A stretch of 64,000 nucleotides of DNA from Hydrolagus affinis (GCA_012026655.1 JAAILG010000609.1:1-64000), one strand, 5' to 3'; numbered from the stretch's first letter, positions 36,781 to 51,500 are shown. The notes: generated by a model from the letters alone, not told the origin. A program made the numbers and translations.

Positions 36781-39700
36781 CGAGGTTTGGCAGGCCATCC
36801 GAACAGAGAACGCTCGACCTAATCCATCTTCACCAACTGCCACACACATGCACAACTAGCAGTATGTCAGCACGTAGTGGCATTTGAACCAGTAAGATCC
36901 CAGCCCAGAAGTCCAGCTCTTTTTTTCCCCTAAACCTTTGATGCCCTAGTTGATTTTTTTTTAAGACGCAGTGTCCTTTCAATTCTCCAAGACAGGGACA
37001 TAATAACTCTCATAATGCCTGTAATTTAATTAATGTGATTACATAATGCTGTAATCTCATAATGCCTTGGTAATGTTGTGGGAGGCAATAAGAAATGTAG
37101 AAATGTGTTTTGAGATCATCTCTAAAATGTGCAGCCACACTATCCAAATGTTTCTTCTGCTTTGCGGTTGGCTGATTCAAACTGCAAGGCCTTGTCAATC
37201 ACTGGCTTTGGCTAACAGTGACTTACAAAGAATGCACAGCACAGAAACAAGCCACTTGTCGGTTGGTGTTCGTACAAGTCTCCCCTCAATCCTTTATTCC
37301 CTCCCATAACCTTCTATTTTCCATCTCCCTCACGCAAAGGTCTAGCTTGCTCTCGAATCCTTCTAACAACATCTATTCAACCACTGCTTCAGGCAACGAG
37401 TTTCACAATCTCCCGTCTGCATAAAATAGTTCTCCCTAAATTCTCTTTGATGCTTAGTCACTATCATATTTGTGTCCTCTGGTTACAGTAGAAACAGTCA
37501 ATTTATGTTAACCCTATCGGACCTTTTTTTGAATAAATTTTAAGCGCAGTTGTTTGGGGGAAATGTTGTCGATAACATGTAAATGTGACAATTGCCTACG
37601 GTTGTGAATTGAGATATATTCTAATGCTTTTCTGTAATTGCAACACTTGTTCAATTGGAACTATTGTACTGACAATTCCAATCCTTGCCAGCTGATATCT
37701 TAGTGCTCATAAATGTATGTAGATTTTTGAGCCTACATTATCTAACAACCTTACATGTCTACATTTAAGATTCCTATTCTTATTTTTGACATGTAAAGTC
37801 AAAGAGCTTTGGACTGTAATAGAAGAATATTTTGGCTCTCAGATCTGGCTACTCAGAATTGGCATCTCAAGTTTTTAAGTGGTTTCATTTTTCTGAAGGG
37901 ACGATAGTTCCCAAATCCTTCATCATTGTTCAAGTGATGTTTCCCCCATTCGTTTTGACAATAAATCAAACCAAAGTTGATTTAAAGAGGGGAAAGTAAA
38001 TTTAACTTTTGCCTTGATGAAAATATGTCTCAATTAAGCAAAATGCTGAAGTAGATACAAACATACGACACATGTTCAGTGTTGTGAATATTTTGTAGTA
38101 TTCTGGAACACTAGATTGAGCATTATTATTACTACAGAGTTTTCATTGAGAAAATATGTCATGCAATAGGCCTCTTAGAAACTTCATTCACAAATCTTTT
38201 CAGTCCAATTGCCGTTACTGTACTTTGCTTATTTGACTGGAAATCTACTCAGCCAAATACAACACTGTTGAAATCTCTTTGTTTTGTAAAACAGAGCAGG
38301 TGGATGTGGGGGTGGGGGGGTGGCGGTGGGGATTGTGGGGGTGGGGGTATATCAAGGCAAAAATGGATACTTTCTCTTTAATTTGCCTCAGTGGAAAGGC
38401 AGCTTGATCAATACTTTCAGTTTACACAGAATATGATATTGATGGGAGGAAGCGTTGGTCTCAAAATGAGAGTTGTATTTGGTTGAAGTCGGTTTTGATT
38501 GGCATGAAGGCAAATATAATCTGAAAAACCTGGATCTATTTTAACACACAGTATATTTTTATTCAATCTGATCTGACATTTACCAAACCGTTTGATAAAT
38601 TTGACTTTGCGTTTCAGGGCTGTCTTTCCCCACTCTTTCTTTCACACTGTAGTAGAGAAGAGACCTGCTCCCAGCCCTCGACCAATCGTGCTTTGTAACT
38701 GACACAAGACAGCAGGGTGGGTGACTGTTCCTCTCGTTCTCTCTCCTTTCCCATGAGAAAACACCTGTTTATCTGTCTGCTTGTCACCTCACCTCCGGCA
38801 CGCCCGAGATCACAAACTCACTGGGTGGGGAAACCACTGAGTCAGAAAAAACTTGTCTTTGCCCCAGCACACTTCAAGTGCCTGTTAACATGAATGCCTC
38901 TTAAAAAGTTTCCTCTCCGCAGACAGACAATAAGTGGAATATTGCACTGCTGATGCAGCGCGACAGACATGCTCGCCAGAAAACGATGCGTTTGCATCGC
39001 CAATTGGATTGCTGGGGGTTTTCAGGCAAAAGTATAGTTTTAAGTCCACTTGGTAATGTTGTGGGAGGCAATAAGAAATGTAGAAATGTGTTTTGAGATC
39101 ATCTCTAAAATGTGTTCGGTGAAGATGTACAAATCAGTAACAAGCTGACACTTAACACACGAAGAACCTTTTAAGCGAAAAAGGTTCAATTTGATGTGAA
39201 CGGCTTAAGGAAAAACGACGAGGCAAAAGGCTACCGACCAATTTGCTTGCATGAACTCACAATACTGACTAATGTTTTGAGCGCAAATCAGCCATGTTGG
39301 ATGCTATGCATCTCTGTGCATTAGTGAAACTTAATAGGCAAAGTATTTATTATAGTTAAGTTATTTATTTATTTTTCAACATCATCCTTTTCAGATATCA
39401 GAACCTATTTATTTGAAGTGAAATGCGGGGCCATGTCTCTGACAGCTTTTTTTTTATATTGTAATTTAATCTCAAAACATGCAGAATGTCAACACAAAAC
39501 CTCTGTTAAACGAAAGCTTTTCCAATGCAGTATTTTAAGAAATTTTAAATAAATTTTGTGATACTATAATAATAATTAAAAAACAAAAGACTGCTTTTGT
39601 CCTTATTTCTTGAGGTGAGACACAGGGTTCCGATTCAATTCACCACACGTAAAAACTAAAAAAAAATCTTTGGAGATTTACCAGCAGAGTCGGTTGCAAC

Positions 39701-40800
39701 AGTAGACTTTCACCATTTGGACTCGGTGTACTGTAGTATGTGCTACTGTACTGATGGGATGTACTGTGTATCTCTCGTCTTTTTTAATTGCAAACACCCG
39801 GTGTGAAAATAAGTTGGCCACTCTCAATTCATTTCATCCTGGTTGTGTGTCATTAAGGGTTAAAGTCCCTGTGTGCGTGTATAGAAGTGTATATAAAAGG
39901 TTTAAAGTGCACGCGACAATGTGTCCTGTGTTTCTGGCACTTTGCACCTGCAAGTAGATGAATGAGACTGGTCTGTGATATTGAGGAATTGCTGAGTGTT
40001 CATATATCTCAGCTACTCTTTATCTTATCTCTTATGATTGGGTGAGGTGAATGGATAGACAATGCTACATGAAATGAAATTACACCCAGGATCCTATCTG
40101 CTGCTCACGAATGCAGAGAAGGCAATAATAATAATACTAATAATAAATAATCCTTGAATTTGATATAGTGCCTTATCATGTCTCCGAACCGTTCCTAAGC
40201 GCCTCACAGAATTATCATTTAAAATGAATTGACTGTATATTTTGTGGGCGGCACGTGCAATAGGAAGAATTAATTCCATTAATATAGTGAATTGGTGATT
40301 TGGGTAAACCCACTGTTTGGATTTGAAAGGATTGAGTTATGGAGTCAAATCCATTTCTGAGTGATTGACTGGGCTCATGGCTAAATGGGACGGATATTGT
40401 ACTAACCGGTGGCATTAGTGGCAAATTCAAATCAAAACTCTCCAATTATAATTCAGCGCAAAGAATTAAACTCTGATTAACCACTTAAAAATTTAAAGGT
40501 TTCCTGAATCTTCCAATATGCTATCCTGAGTGAAAAGTCCCACATAAATGCAAGTGGTTGCTGCTGTTGAATATAATCTGTACATTTATGTAGCGCTTTC
40601 CACGTTTTATGGATTAAAATAACAGGGCAACGTGGATTGGTTCATCAACCTTTCCTCTTTGCTACTCTCTGCTCTTGTGAGTATTCTCTAACTGTTGAAA
40701 ATCTCATCACACAGACAAGCAACATCAGTGGCAACGGAATGCAATGATTCTATCTAATCTAGAGAACTCTTGGCACTGAATGATATGATATCATTATATA

Positions 40801-41128
40801 TAATAATAATAATGATAATAATCCTTGCATTTGATATAGCGCTTTTCACATCTTATCGACGTCTCAAAGTGCTTCACAGAATATACTGTAAAGTGAATTG
40901 GCTGTATATGTTGGTGAAACACGGCAGCCAATTGCACACACAGTGACCCACAAGCAGTCATAGATAGAAATGACCAATTTTATTATTGTGGTTTTTTTGG
41001 AGGGATTATTATTAGGTGTTTGTGTGTGGAGTGAGGAAACTTGCCCAAGATTTTGTCCTGACCTGCCTGGATTCGAACACAGGTCTCACGCTTGCAAGGC
41101 GAGTACTCTAACCACTGAGCTACAGGAG
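40801..41128 (-). mobile_element. Full-length SINE
   Basis: Complete head, core and tail. Confidence 0.9.
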
Positions 41129-44100
41129 TTTTCCTCATTCTTCTGACTCCAGCGTATGTGATACCACTTGATTATTTAATGTTTCAAATTAATTCCTAAT
41201 GCTGCTTCCCCCACCCCACACTGCCCGCCCCATCCTCTATAGAGTCACATAAGCCTTTTTAGAATGCTCACTCAAAATGGTCAGAAACTAATTCAACGCA
41301 ATCCCTTTCGACTACAGTTGTCAACAGGAAGATACTTTCTTCTAATTGTAACTCGCAAATTGGACCATTTGGACTGGATCCAAAACTCTGGGCGCCTCCG
41401 CGGAGAAAACAAAAGAAGAAAGACTGTCGGAAAACACACACTGTTGGAGCTATTCAAAGCTATGTGTTCTCAGGGCTGGAGGGCTTGGGTGGGTGTGTGG
41501 GTGGGTGGGGGGAGGGTTGTGGAAGGCTGTCGAGCCCAAATTACTGTACAACCCTTAAACGAGACTGGACGGTTTGGTAATAGTGTCTCGTGTGCTGTGA
41601 TACCATATTGCATCATTGACCATCTCCAGAGGAGGACTGCACCACAGGGCCCCATAGGGGAATCTGTGTTAATGTGTGGGATGTAAACTTCTGAATCAGG
41701 GCCCCACACTTGGGGATTATTTCCATAGATTTATGTGATGTGTGCGGTCAATTAAAAGCCTTCCATGCTTCAAATGTTTAACCAGCTCAATCATGTAGAA
41801 AAATCTTAAGGGCATGTAATTGGCGTTGTCTGTATCATCTGAAGCCGTTCAGATTATTCTTTTTTGTTATTCCATTGTCATTATGAAAGGGTAACCGAGA
41901 TTAATTTGGTTTCGAAGAAACGTTGCTGGTTAAACGCTTGGAATCTATTCTGATACATGTCAACAAGGGGATGTGTGGCCTTGTTGGAGGAATTATGCTT
42001 CAGATGAGACGTTAAACCAGGGTCTGCCTGTTCAGGTGGACTTCAAAGATCCCCTGGCAGGACTCAAAAAGATTGTTCATTTATTTCATGGCTACTTATG
42101 GTTACATTGCTGTGCGCAATTAGCCGCGCTTTCACCTACAAGATCACAGTAAAATCCTGTGAAGTGCTTCGGGACCTCCCTCCCGACATGAAAGACGCTT
42201 TAGACTGAACGCGAGGATGATTTATCATTAAATCCGTCTTTGCTTTGGATTCAGGCCACTGTCAGATCATTGCATCCAACTAATTCAGACCATGAGGGCT
42301 GTGTTAGCCAAGAGTCAAGATCGTTATCGGGCATGTGTCAAGCATATGCCAGACTTTGTTAAAGTGAAGCAGCAAGTTTCCAGGACATCAGGCCGATCAA
42401 CCTGTGTGCGTCCCATTGTATCGAGTTGCAGTAGAACAAAACCATTTGGTTTAAAACCGCTTAAAAAAGCCCTTCCCTGTCCAGAGAGGACGAATGCCTT
42501 CACAGAGACCTTCCCCTCTCCACAGGTAAGTTTGTTTCCCCACCCACCAAGACAACAGCCCCTTTCCTCATGGCAATTGGATATTGAATACTAATGAATA
42601 ATCAGTCAGAGACCTCCTCCCAGGCTCCTTGCCATTAGGTGATCGGGTGAAATGGGGTCAAGCGGATTCTCGCAATCGTTAATGTGGATGGAATCCAAAA
42701 CTCAGAATTTACACCAGTTGTTTACGCAATTCCCGTTTAACGCAGTTGGTCAGACGGTGAAGATTGATTCCCGGGTTCCTAGGCAGATTGTTGTGTTTGT
42801 GTTCGAATGTAAACGCAAACAGAAGGCAACTGTCCTGTCGTAGTTCAAACCTATATAAAGGCTCTTTTATGCAGCTTGTTGTGTGTCTCGTTCACAGATT
42901 GACTGCTGATAACCTGCCATTGAATTTAAGTGATTATAATCCTTGATTCCTGTGCCTCTCGCAGGTGAAAGCAATACGTTAACAAAAGATTGATGTATGG
43001 ATTGGTGCTTTTGTAGGTTTCCATAAACTACTGGGTGCAAACAGCTACTAGAAAACACTGCAGTCTGGGGCTCTCCTTTGATATGCATCTTCAGGCTTTT
43101 AGAAAGTAAAATCTTTCGTTAAAGGAACAGGTACGTGACCAGGTGTCTTGAATTCTTGAATAACATTATCAATGTGCATCACCAAGGAGCCGAAGACATG
43201 AGGGCTCTCGTAACGGAGACAGTGTCCCTTTTGTTCAATCTCAACGGAGTATTTTTCCGCAAGTTAAAAGGTCCAAAGAAATAAAATCGAAATGTAGGGT
43301 AGATCACCCAGAGCTTTGACTCGGGGACTGCATGACGCTTGAAAGACACTGGCCTTTTGTCTCAGTCGCTTGGTTCAAACCTACCCTCGGGAGATGGCGG
43401 GGGGGAAAGCATTCGGGAGATGCAATTGGGTTAGAGCAAAAGGACTCAGCCGTGATCTTTCGAACATTAAAAAGTTGCGCCGAGCACCAAAGCCAGGCTG
43501 TTCCCGCTGTTAATGAGTCATCAGATCAAAATGTGTGGTTTATGACATGGTTAATGCAGTCTGTGGGGCAGATACTGAGCACACGCATGAGTTAGTGGTG
43601 ATTCCTGCTATACTGTACTTTCATATTTCATTGGAGAAGCGTTTCTTTTTGCCCTCCTTGTCTCACGTGTGAGGGTCAAGGTAAAGTAGAAGGAAACCCG
43701 TCAAGGGGAAGGGAAGCCGACTGTGTGAGGACATGAGCTGTTGCGAAAGGAGAGATTTTATTGAGCAACGGAAATTCTGGGGTGAAATGTAAACAGGATT
43801 TGATGGACTTGCTGTTACAAACAGGCATTGAACTCAGCTGATTTTTCACTGAAATACTATACCATTTGGAATACTAAATGAGATGTGCAGCCTACACTTT
43901 ACTATTACATGTTCTGTACCACTGATATGGGCGTCCTCCCGATGTGAAAGGCGCTATACAAATGTAATTTTATTGTTGTTGTTGATGTAATGTAACCTCT
44001 GATACAACACATGTTGTGGCTTGTTTATGAACCAAGAAAAATCTCCCATCCCACTTAACCCAACCCAAATAGCTCTCTGATCTCATTTCATTCTTTAAAC

Positions 44101-45049
44101 CTTATTCACTTCAACCAAATCCAGACCACAGGCAGATTCATATCCACAAAAACATTATTTTTGCTAGTAAATAATAGCTTTAATTAGCATGAATTATTTC
44201 ATAAGAAAATTGTTTAAGAGACACTACAGACTGGATCTATATATATAATAATAATAATCCTTGCATTTGATATCGTGCTTTTCATGTCTTCTAGACGTCT
44301 CAAAGTGCTTCACAGAATATACTGTAAAGTGAATTGACTGTATAGTTGTGGATGAAACTGCATATATGTATATACATATATATTGGATATATATTAGAAA
44401 GCAACAAGATATCCAATCATTGGGAGTTTCTAAATGATTTGAGGTTGAGCAAGATGAATGAAAAATCTGACATTTGCGTGTATCAAAGCCTTCTAAATTG
44501 TGAAATATAGCTCATTTGGCAGCGTGCTAACCTCCGAGTCAAATTACTGTGGTGCCAAAACCATACCAGAAACCTGACATCATAATCTGTACGGAGTTCA
44601 GTGCGCTACTCCAGAGGGCCTATATTGAAGACATTAAAATCCTGTCCGATGGTATGGGAGGACATTAATAATCCTGACCACTAATTTGAAGTCGAGCAGG
44701 GACTTCTGTTATTGTCTTGGCCAATATTCCTCCCTTACATAAAAAGCTGATTAATTGGACAGTCATCTCATTGTTTGTTGGGCGTTGCTGTCACTGATTA
44801 CCTGACCACAAATCCCTATATCACAACTGTCGTTGCACTTTAAAGTATATCATTGCGTGAAGGACTTGAGATGCTTCAATGTGATAGGGCACCATATTAA
44901 ACTATGCTACCAATGCCATTAACTAAAGTAGATGCCAGTTTCCAGTAAAGTACAATTGGTCTCGTTTTGGACACGAGAGATGTCAGATAGGCACATGAAA
45001 AAAGCTACTCAACGTGGAGGGTGCTACATTAATGCAAATTGTTGTTTGC

Positions 45050-45240
45050 CGCTCCTTCCCTTCAAGGCCCGACTGAAGACCCTCCTTTTCGACCTTGCCT
45101 TCAGCCGCCTTCCTCCCCCTCTTCCCTCCCTCATCCCAACCCTGTACTTCCCCGCCCCCGTGCTTGGATCTTGACCCCTGACTGTTCAGCCCCTTGGGAC
45201 GTCCTCCCGACATGAAAGGCGCTCTACAGATATATTATTG
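45050..45240 (+). mobile_element. L2 3' end
   Basis: FKARLKTLLFDLAF followed by the tail GGGACGTCCTCCCGACATGAAAGGCGCT. Confidence 0.8.
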
Positions 45241-45890
45241 TATTTTTATCGATGTTGCGTTTACTGCAGTCTATCAATATCTCTGATCTTCATAAGCCAA
45301 TCCACCATCAGTGTCATGGCTTATAGATGTGATCGGAACCATTTTTTGTAGATTTATAGTCTTGTAAATCACTGACAGTTGGCTATTTTCCTCTACACAC
45401 TAAAAGTATTATTCGATTGTGCTGTGTTTATTGATAGTGCTCAGCTTAGTATCACCTACTCTCCCTAAAATGTAAATACACTAAACCGCTGATAACTCAA
45501 CCCCGGCTTAACTAGTCTAACTACCGTTTAAGCCAATATCCTGGCCACTTCCAATGCAAAAAATTCATGAGGGGAGAACTCTGCTCTACTCGTTACTCGG
45601 TTTAACAAGCGACTCGTGAGCAGTCGAGAAACTTGTGAATGCGTACAGTGTAACATTGATTGGAGAACTGGTGCTGTAAAGTATAGAAACACAGACCCTC
45701 GAGCCTGTTCCGCCATCCTATAAGATCCCGGTTGGTCTGTACATCAAGTCCAATAACCCGGCCTTGCCCCATATCCCTCAATACCCAGATGGCTTCCTGC
45801 CCTCGCCTGAGACAGGATGGGGCGGGACACCCTCCAATAGACTAGAGGCCTCTGCGATGCATCTTAGCGTGCGTGCCCGGCGTCGTCATG

Positions 45891-45907
45891 GCGCCTCCTT
45901 GTGGCCC
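45891..45907 (-). promoter_or_regulatory. CTCF-like motif GGGCCACAAGGAGGCGC in a small CpG-rich patch
   Basis: Close match to the CTCF core consensus (CCAC-AGG-GGCGC), in non-repeat sequence between the two convergent genes. Confidence 0.5.
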
Positions 45908-46914
45908 AGGAATACTTCCGCCTGACTCTCCGCTCCAGGTAACTCATCACTGAGCTCCTCAGCTTTTACTTTTTACGATGTACAGTGTTAACATATTTCA
46001 GGTAAAAGGGACCATAAAAAACAAGTTTTTTTTGGGGGGGAAAGAAATTGATCCGTTTGTACATTTATGAGTAGGTATTGTGAATCACCTGTTGGGAGGT
46101 GTGGAACATTTATTAACACCTATATACGCAGAGCAATGATCAATACTGGGACTGATGATGCTTTGCTGCTCTCTTGTGGAAACTGTTGAAAGTACAGTTA
46201 TTCTGGACAATCCAACGACGATTTGTAACAAAATAACTAACAGCACCCATTTTGGCACGGAATTGAATTTTTGATTAATTATTTTCGAAAAGCTTACAGC
46301 ATAAATGGCCTTTCAACCTCCATGTGTTCTCGTAATAATTCAATTTCCAAAAGCAAAATAATTAGAGATTTTACCCTTCAAGGACAGGTGTAGTTTGAAG
46401 ATGATCAGAATGCTGGTTTGACCCAATTTAGTGTTTGGTAATAGAGCGAAGATGATTTTCCTTGGCAACAAACAGAATTTGTCAACGGTTTATGTACAAA
46501 CACCACAAGGTACAACTGTGTAATGTGGGGAACATGGGGAGGGGTAGGATGTGGAGTTAAGGTGTGGTGGTGCAAATAGAGCTTTAGATTTTCGAATGTT
46601 TGGAATTTGTTTTAAACTTGTGGAGTTTCATTCTTCTTCCTCTTTGTAGAATAGTATCTACCCACCGCACCTTCTTCAGTTGCAGTCGCTTAGTTTTGAT
46701 TTCCACAATTGTAATTTTCAACTAATTGTGGCTCTCTCTCTTTCTATCTCTTTCTCTGAGAATCTCAAAACTCGAAGGGCCTGAAAGAGAACTTTGTACT
46801 TTCACTCCCTCCCTCCCTGCGCAAACCAGGCCAGCCTTTGAACTCTCAGGCCCTCTCTCGCCAAATTGGGAAAACTTTTGAGCTTTCACTTTCTCTTGTG
46901 TTAGAATTAGAGTT

Positions 46915-47106
46915 CTAATTGCGCACAGCAGTCGTGGATTGAAATGACCAATTTTTATTATTATTATTATTTTGGACGGATTATTATTAGGCGTATGTGT
47001 GGAGTAAGGAAACTTGCCTACGGTTTTGCCCTGATCTGCCTGGATTCGAACACGGGTCTCACGCTTGTAAGACGAGCGCTCTAACCACTGAGCTACAGGA
47101 GCTCCA
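46915..47106 (-). mobile_element. SINE 5' half (head and start of core)
   Basis: tRNA head present, tail absent. Confidence 0.85.
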
Positions 47107-48409
47107 AATCTGTTGTGTTGCTTTCAGTTGCGTATGATGCACTGAAGAGGTGATCGTCGACCTTGTAAATACATCTGGTTTCCTCTCTTAAACATGTATT
47201 GTGGCCTGACCAACAACAGGGGGAGTGAATAACCACACATAAATAATTTCAGTGATGTGACCCACATTTGGAATGGAGCTGTGGTGGATATATTTGACTG
47301 GATTGGAGCCAGACAGTAAATAATGTTTTCGCACGCTTTGCAGACATTTTGTAGGTGAAGATATATAATTCTTAGTATTGTGATGAGTAGTTGTTCCAGT
47401 ATTGTTGGCCTCCCCATCTCAGTATTTCAAGGACAATGATTTCATATATATGAAATATATATATATATATATATATACACGTACATATGATTTCAGTATT
47501 TAATATATAACCTTGTTATATATAACTTTAATGTGACCCTCCGTCAAAACTGCAATCTCACCATTTGCTGCCTGACAATTTAGATTTACTAAGATTTTAC
47601 TTCAAACACCCTGCTCTTTCCTCTCTTCTCCGTAATCCCTTACCTGTTCCTGCTCTCTCAGTTTCTGTCTCTTCTTCTACTTTACAAAGTCAAACGTTTA
47701 CTTCTTCAAGCAAGAATCGCAACCGTTTCGATCCACTGAATCTTAAGCAAGCACAGAAACACTGTGACAATAGACGTTTTTGAGCAAACTAAATGTTGGA
47801 GGGTGAAAAATATCCAAACCTGTTGCGTTGCTTTCAATAGAATGTAGAAATAATGCATCAATTGCAAAGAGATTTGACAGGACAAATATTTGCTCTGACT
47901 TCATCATGGCAGGAAACATTTCTTGCTTGCAGTGCTGTGTGATTAAGGTGTGTCTGGCAAACAGAAGGTAAGGGCCATAATGAGACCATTCACTAGCTGC
48001 CCTCTCTGAAACCATTAATATGATTACGCTACTCTTTCTGTACTGTTCCTATTGTCAGTTCACTGGGAGCTTTAATTGCTCTTCAACATGTTCATTTCCT
48101 ATTGTCGCTGCACAGAAATTCCCTAAATGTATTTTGTTGCCGACATCATGGCTGTTGTAAACACCATCAGCACATAAAATGCTCTGCTGTGGGGATTCTT
48201 AATTTCAAAGCAATATGTTTGAACAGTAGACCTAGTCTTTACCCAATGCCCATGAGATAGCACTATCAAGTTATTAACCAACAAACTTTACATTATTGGC
48301 ATATAGTCTGCGAAAGCAACCCACCCAACAACCACACAGTGTGTACAGTACAATACTAAAACTGAGACTAATCACTAATGTCAAGGAAACCAATGATAAA
48401 TAGAAAAAC

Positions 48410-48592
48410 AATAATAAATTGGTCATTTTCAATCCACGACTGTTTGTGGGGGACGCTGCCGTGCGCAATTGGCTGCCGCGTTCCGCCCACAAAATATACA
48501 GTCAACTCACTTTGCAGTATATTCTGTGAAGCGCTTTGAGACGTCTAGAAGACGTGAAAAGCACTGTATCAAATGCAAGGATTATTATTATT
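48410..48592 (+). mobile_element. 5'-truncated SINE (similar fragments at 49463-49610 and 49962-50078)
   Basis: Core plus tail. Confidence 0.85.
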
Positions 48593-51500
48593 AGAAACCA
48601 TTTGTTACTGCAATAGTTTGGAGAAGTCAGATTGGGCCCCAAAGCACATCACAGAATGCTTCAAACCATGCATTCAAATTTAATGTTATTCACATTGTAC
48701 AATGTTTGCAATGCCACAGGGTCAGTGAGTTACACTGGATGTGAACAAACTGCTTCAGGGTTAATATGAACGAATCATATTGTACATCAGCAGAGCAACA
48801 TGCTGTTGTTACATGTCCTTCTCCTGTAAGTTTACCAGTAACAGCTGCAGCAACTCACACTGATATTTACACAGCATATTTGAGCAACGAGATTTAAAGA
48901 CATGATCATACATGTGTATGCACGCATTTTCTCTCTCTGTCTCTCTCTCTCTCACACATACACATAAACACTGTTATTAACAGCCATCCTTTTTGGGAAT
49001 TGTCAGGAATGTTTATTTAGGAATTTGCAAAGGATATCTCAATGATTTGCCTTTTAGCTAACATGGTTACTGACCTCGAAATCTAGTGAACCCAAATCGA
49101 TTGAAGTAAACAACTGCGAGAGTTCAAGCTTCACAGATCAGGACAGAGAGGTGAGAAGGAAAGCCCATCACGCTCTGTGTCAAAGGCCGTCAGCACTTTA
49201 AATGGGATTTTTTTTAATTCTTAAATCTTCCTTTTATTGAAGGTGCAAAATACTTCATTTGAGAGAAAAGTCCTCCATTCAGCAGGTGACATTCAAGTCC
49301 CAAACATGCAAAAGGCAACCAAAACCAGAGCCATTTCTATACCCAAAAAAACGCTTACAACTCAAAGATTTATTGTTAAAGGAAACGGATGTGGCTTATC
49401 GGTAAATGCCAGGTACACAATGAACCTGTCTTGGGTCCAAAAATGAACATTTTGGGGGTATTTTGCGCAATTGGCTGCCGTGTCGTTCTGCCCACAAATA
49501 TACAGTCAATTCACTTTACAGTATATTCTGTGAAGTGCCCTGAGACATTGATAAGATGTGAAAAGTGCTATATCAAATGCAAGGATTACTGTTTTATTAT
49601 TATTATTATTGATCACATTGTAGGCTGATGATCATCTCTTATCACAAATAAGTTTATTGTGCGCCAGTAAATTATTTTCTGCTTTCAATATAGGAGCACA
49701 CAAACCTGAAGTGTTTTGGGGGTGGGGCGGGTGGGAGAGAGAGAGAGAACTTTGCTGTTTCCTTACCACTGACTCTGCAATCCAGTATTTTCAGTTGCTC
49801 CAACCCATCAATCTTTACAGAAGGATTATTAGACTGGAGGGAGCAGCTCAAAATATTTCATTACAGAGCAAGTGGTAGGAAATTCCAAAGATCAAACTCC
49901 TTCCTCATTGTAGCCCTGCCCCAATGAGGAGATGAATGGGAAACTGCCTCTGGACAGATTATTTCGCCCACAAAATAGACAAAAGTCAACTCACTTTACA
50001 GTATATTCTGTGAAGTGCTTTGAGACGTCTCGAAGACATAAGCCACTATATCAAATGCAATGATTATTATTATTATTATGGTTGATGGCCAGCTATATGC
50101 TGTAAGAATCTCAGTCATTGTGGCATATGCAAGATATCTTCCATGAAACAATGATCACTGCTCCTTAATATGAAATATATATTTATTAATTCATTTGATG
50201 CTTTTACGATCTCCCGACACTCCCTTCCTCCCTCAAAAGGTACCCTTTAATAATAGTAACCCTTACATTTGATATCGCACCTTTTACATTGTTGAGATGA
50301 ACAAAGCCCCAAACGCTTATTCTTTCAGATTGTTTTTTTTCCCCAACAAAAGCCTCAGTTTCATAAATACTGAAAAAATTCAAGCTTAAAAAAACACTGC
50401 GTTGAATGGAACGGCTGTACATATATTTTTGTCAAAATATCGTGAAACATCTTTCCGTGTATTGCAGCCTGTGGATCACTAATGAAAATCCACACATCAA
50501 AAGTATAATCCAATTACAATATTCACTGGTAAATACTACCAATGAAATAGAGTACCTTGCTTTTTAAATGGGAGTTCTGCACTACCAACAATCTCTACCT
50601 TCTATCTATTTATCTATCTCTATGTTCACCTGAAGGCGGCATTGTTTCTCGAAGGCAAAAGAGATTTCATTTCCTTGCGTGTTGGGGTGCCAAATTGGCC
50701 CTTCTCAATAAACAGGACAGGCAGGCGACTTAATTACAGCTGTACTCTCTCAGGACTCAAATGTCTTGGTATAAATCAGTGGTGAGTGACGTACCACTGA
50801 AAGTTTTGGGATCTGTTCGCTAATTTTTCTCGGATATTCCAATAGACACTTCACATATCTTTTAAGGGGGCATTTTGTACTAACATTACTGGGGTAATCA
50901 GTAACTCTCTCCCTCAACCCCATTGACTCACCGCCCCTCCCCCACCCCCCCCACCCCGTCCGTCCTTTCCCATTTTCAGGTTACGCCTGAAGAGCTTTCT
51001 CTCCGACTGCACTTACGGTCACCTTCCCCCCACCTACACCCCCCCCACACTCCCCCTGGTTCAGGCCTCGGGCTCCGCCATTGTGAAGCGCTCTGAGAAG
51101 CATCATATAAATGCAAGTCATTGTTGTAGAAACTCATTACTAGAGTAGGGAAACACAACAGGAAATCATAAATATACACATGCTGGTGTGATGCCTGTGT
51201 CAAGTAAGTTCCAGATTGTGATAAGATGTAGTCGAGTCGTACCAGTTTCGATAAGAGTGAGAGAGCTTCCAACCAATAAACCTAACATTATAAAACTATC
51301 TTTGAATTTTCTTTGGCTGCTACAGAGGAAGAATGAATGTCACTCAGTCCTATACATTGCGGACCTCACTTTGACACGTTCCAAGTCTCTCTTTAAAATT
51401 AAACCTGGTCTTCTGTTTGTTTCATTTCAAGTGTGTGATGGAAATGATCTAGGCGTTGACCTCAACTGCGAGCACACACAGGCACAAGGATGGGAGCATT

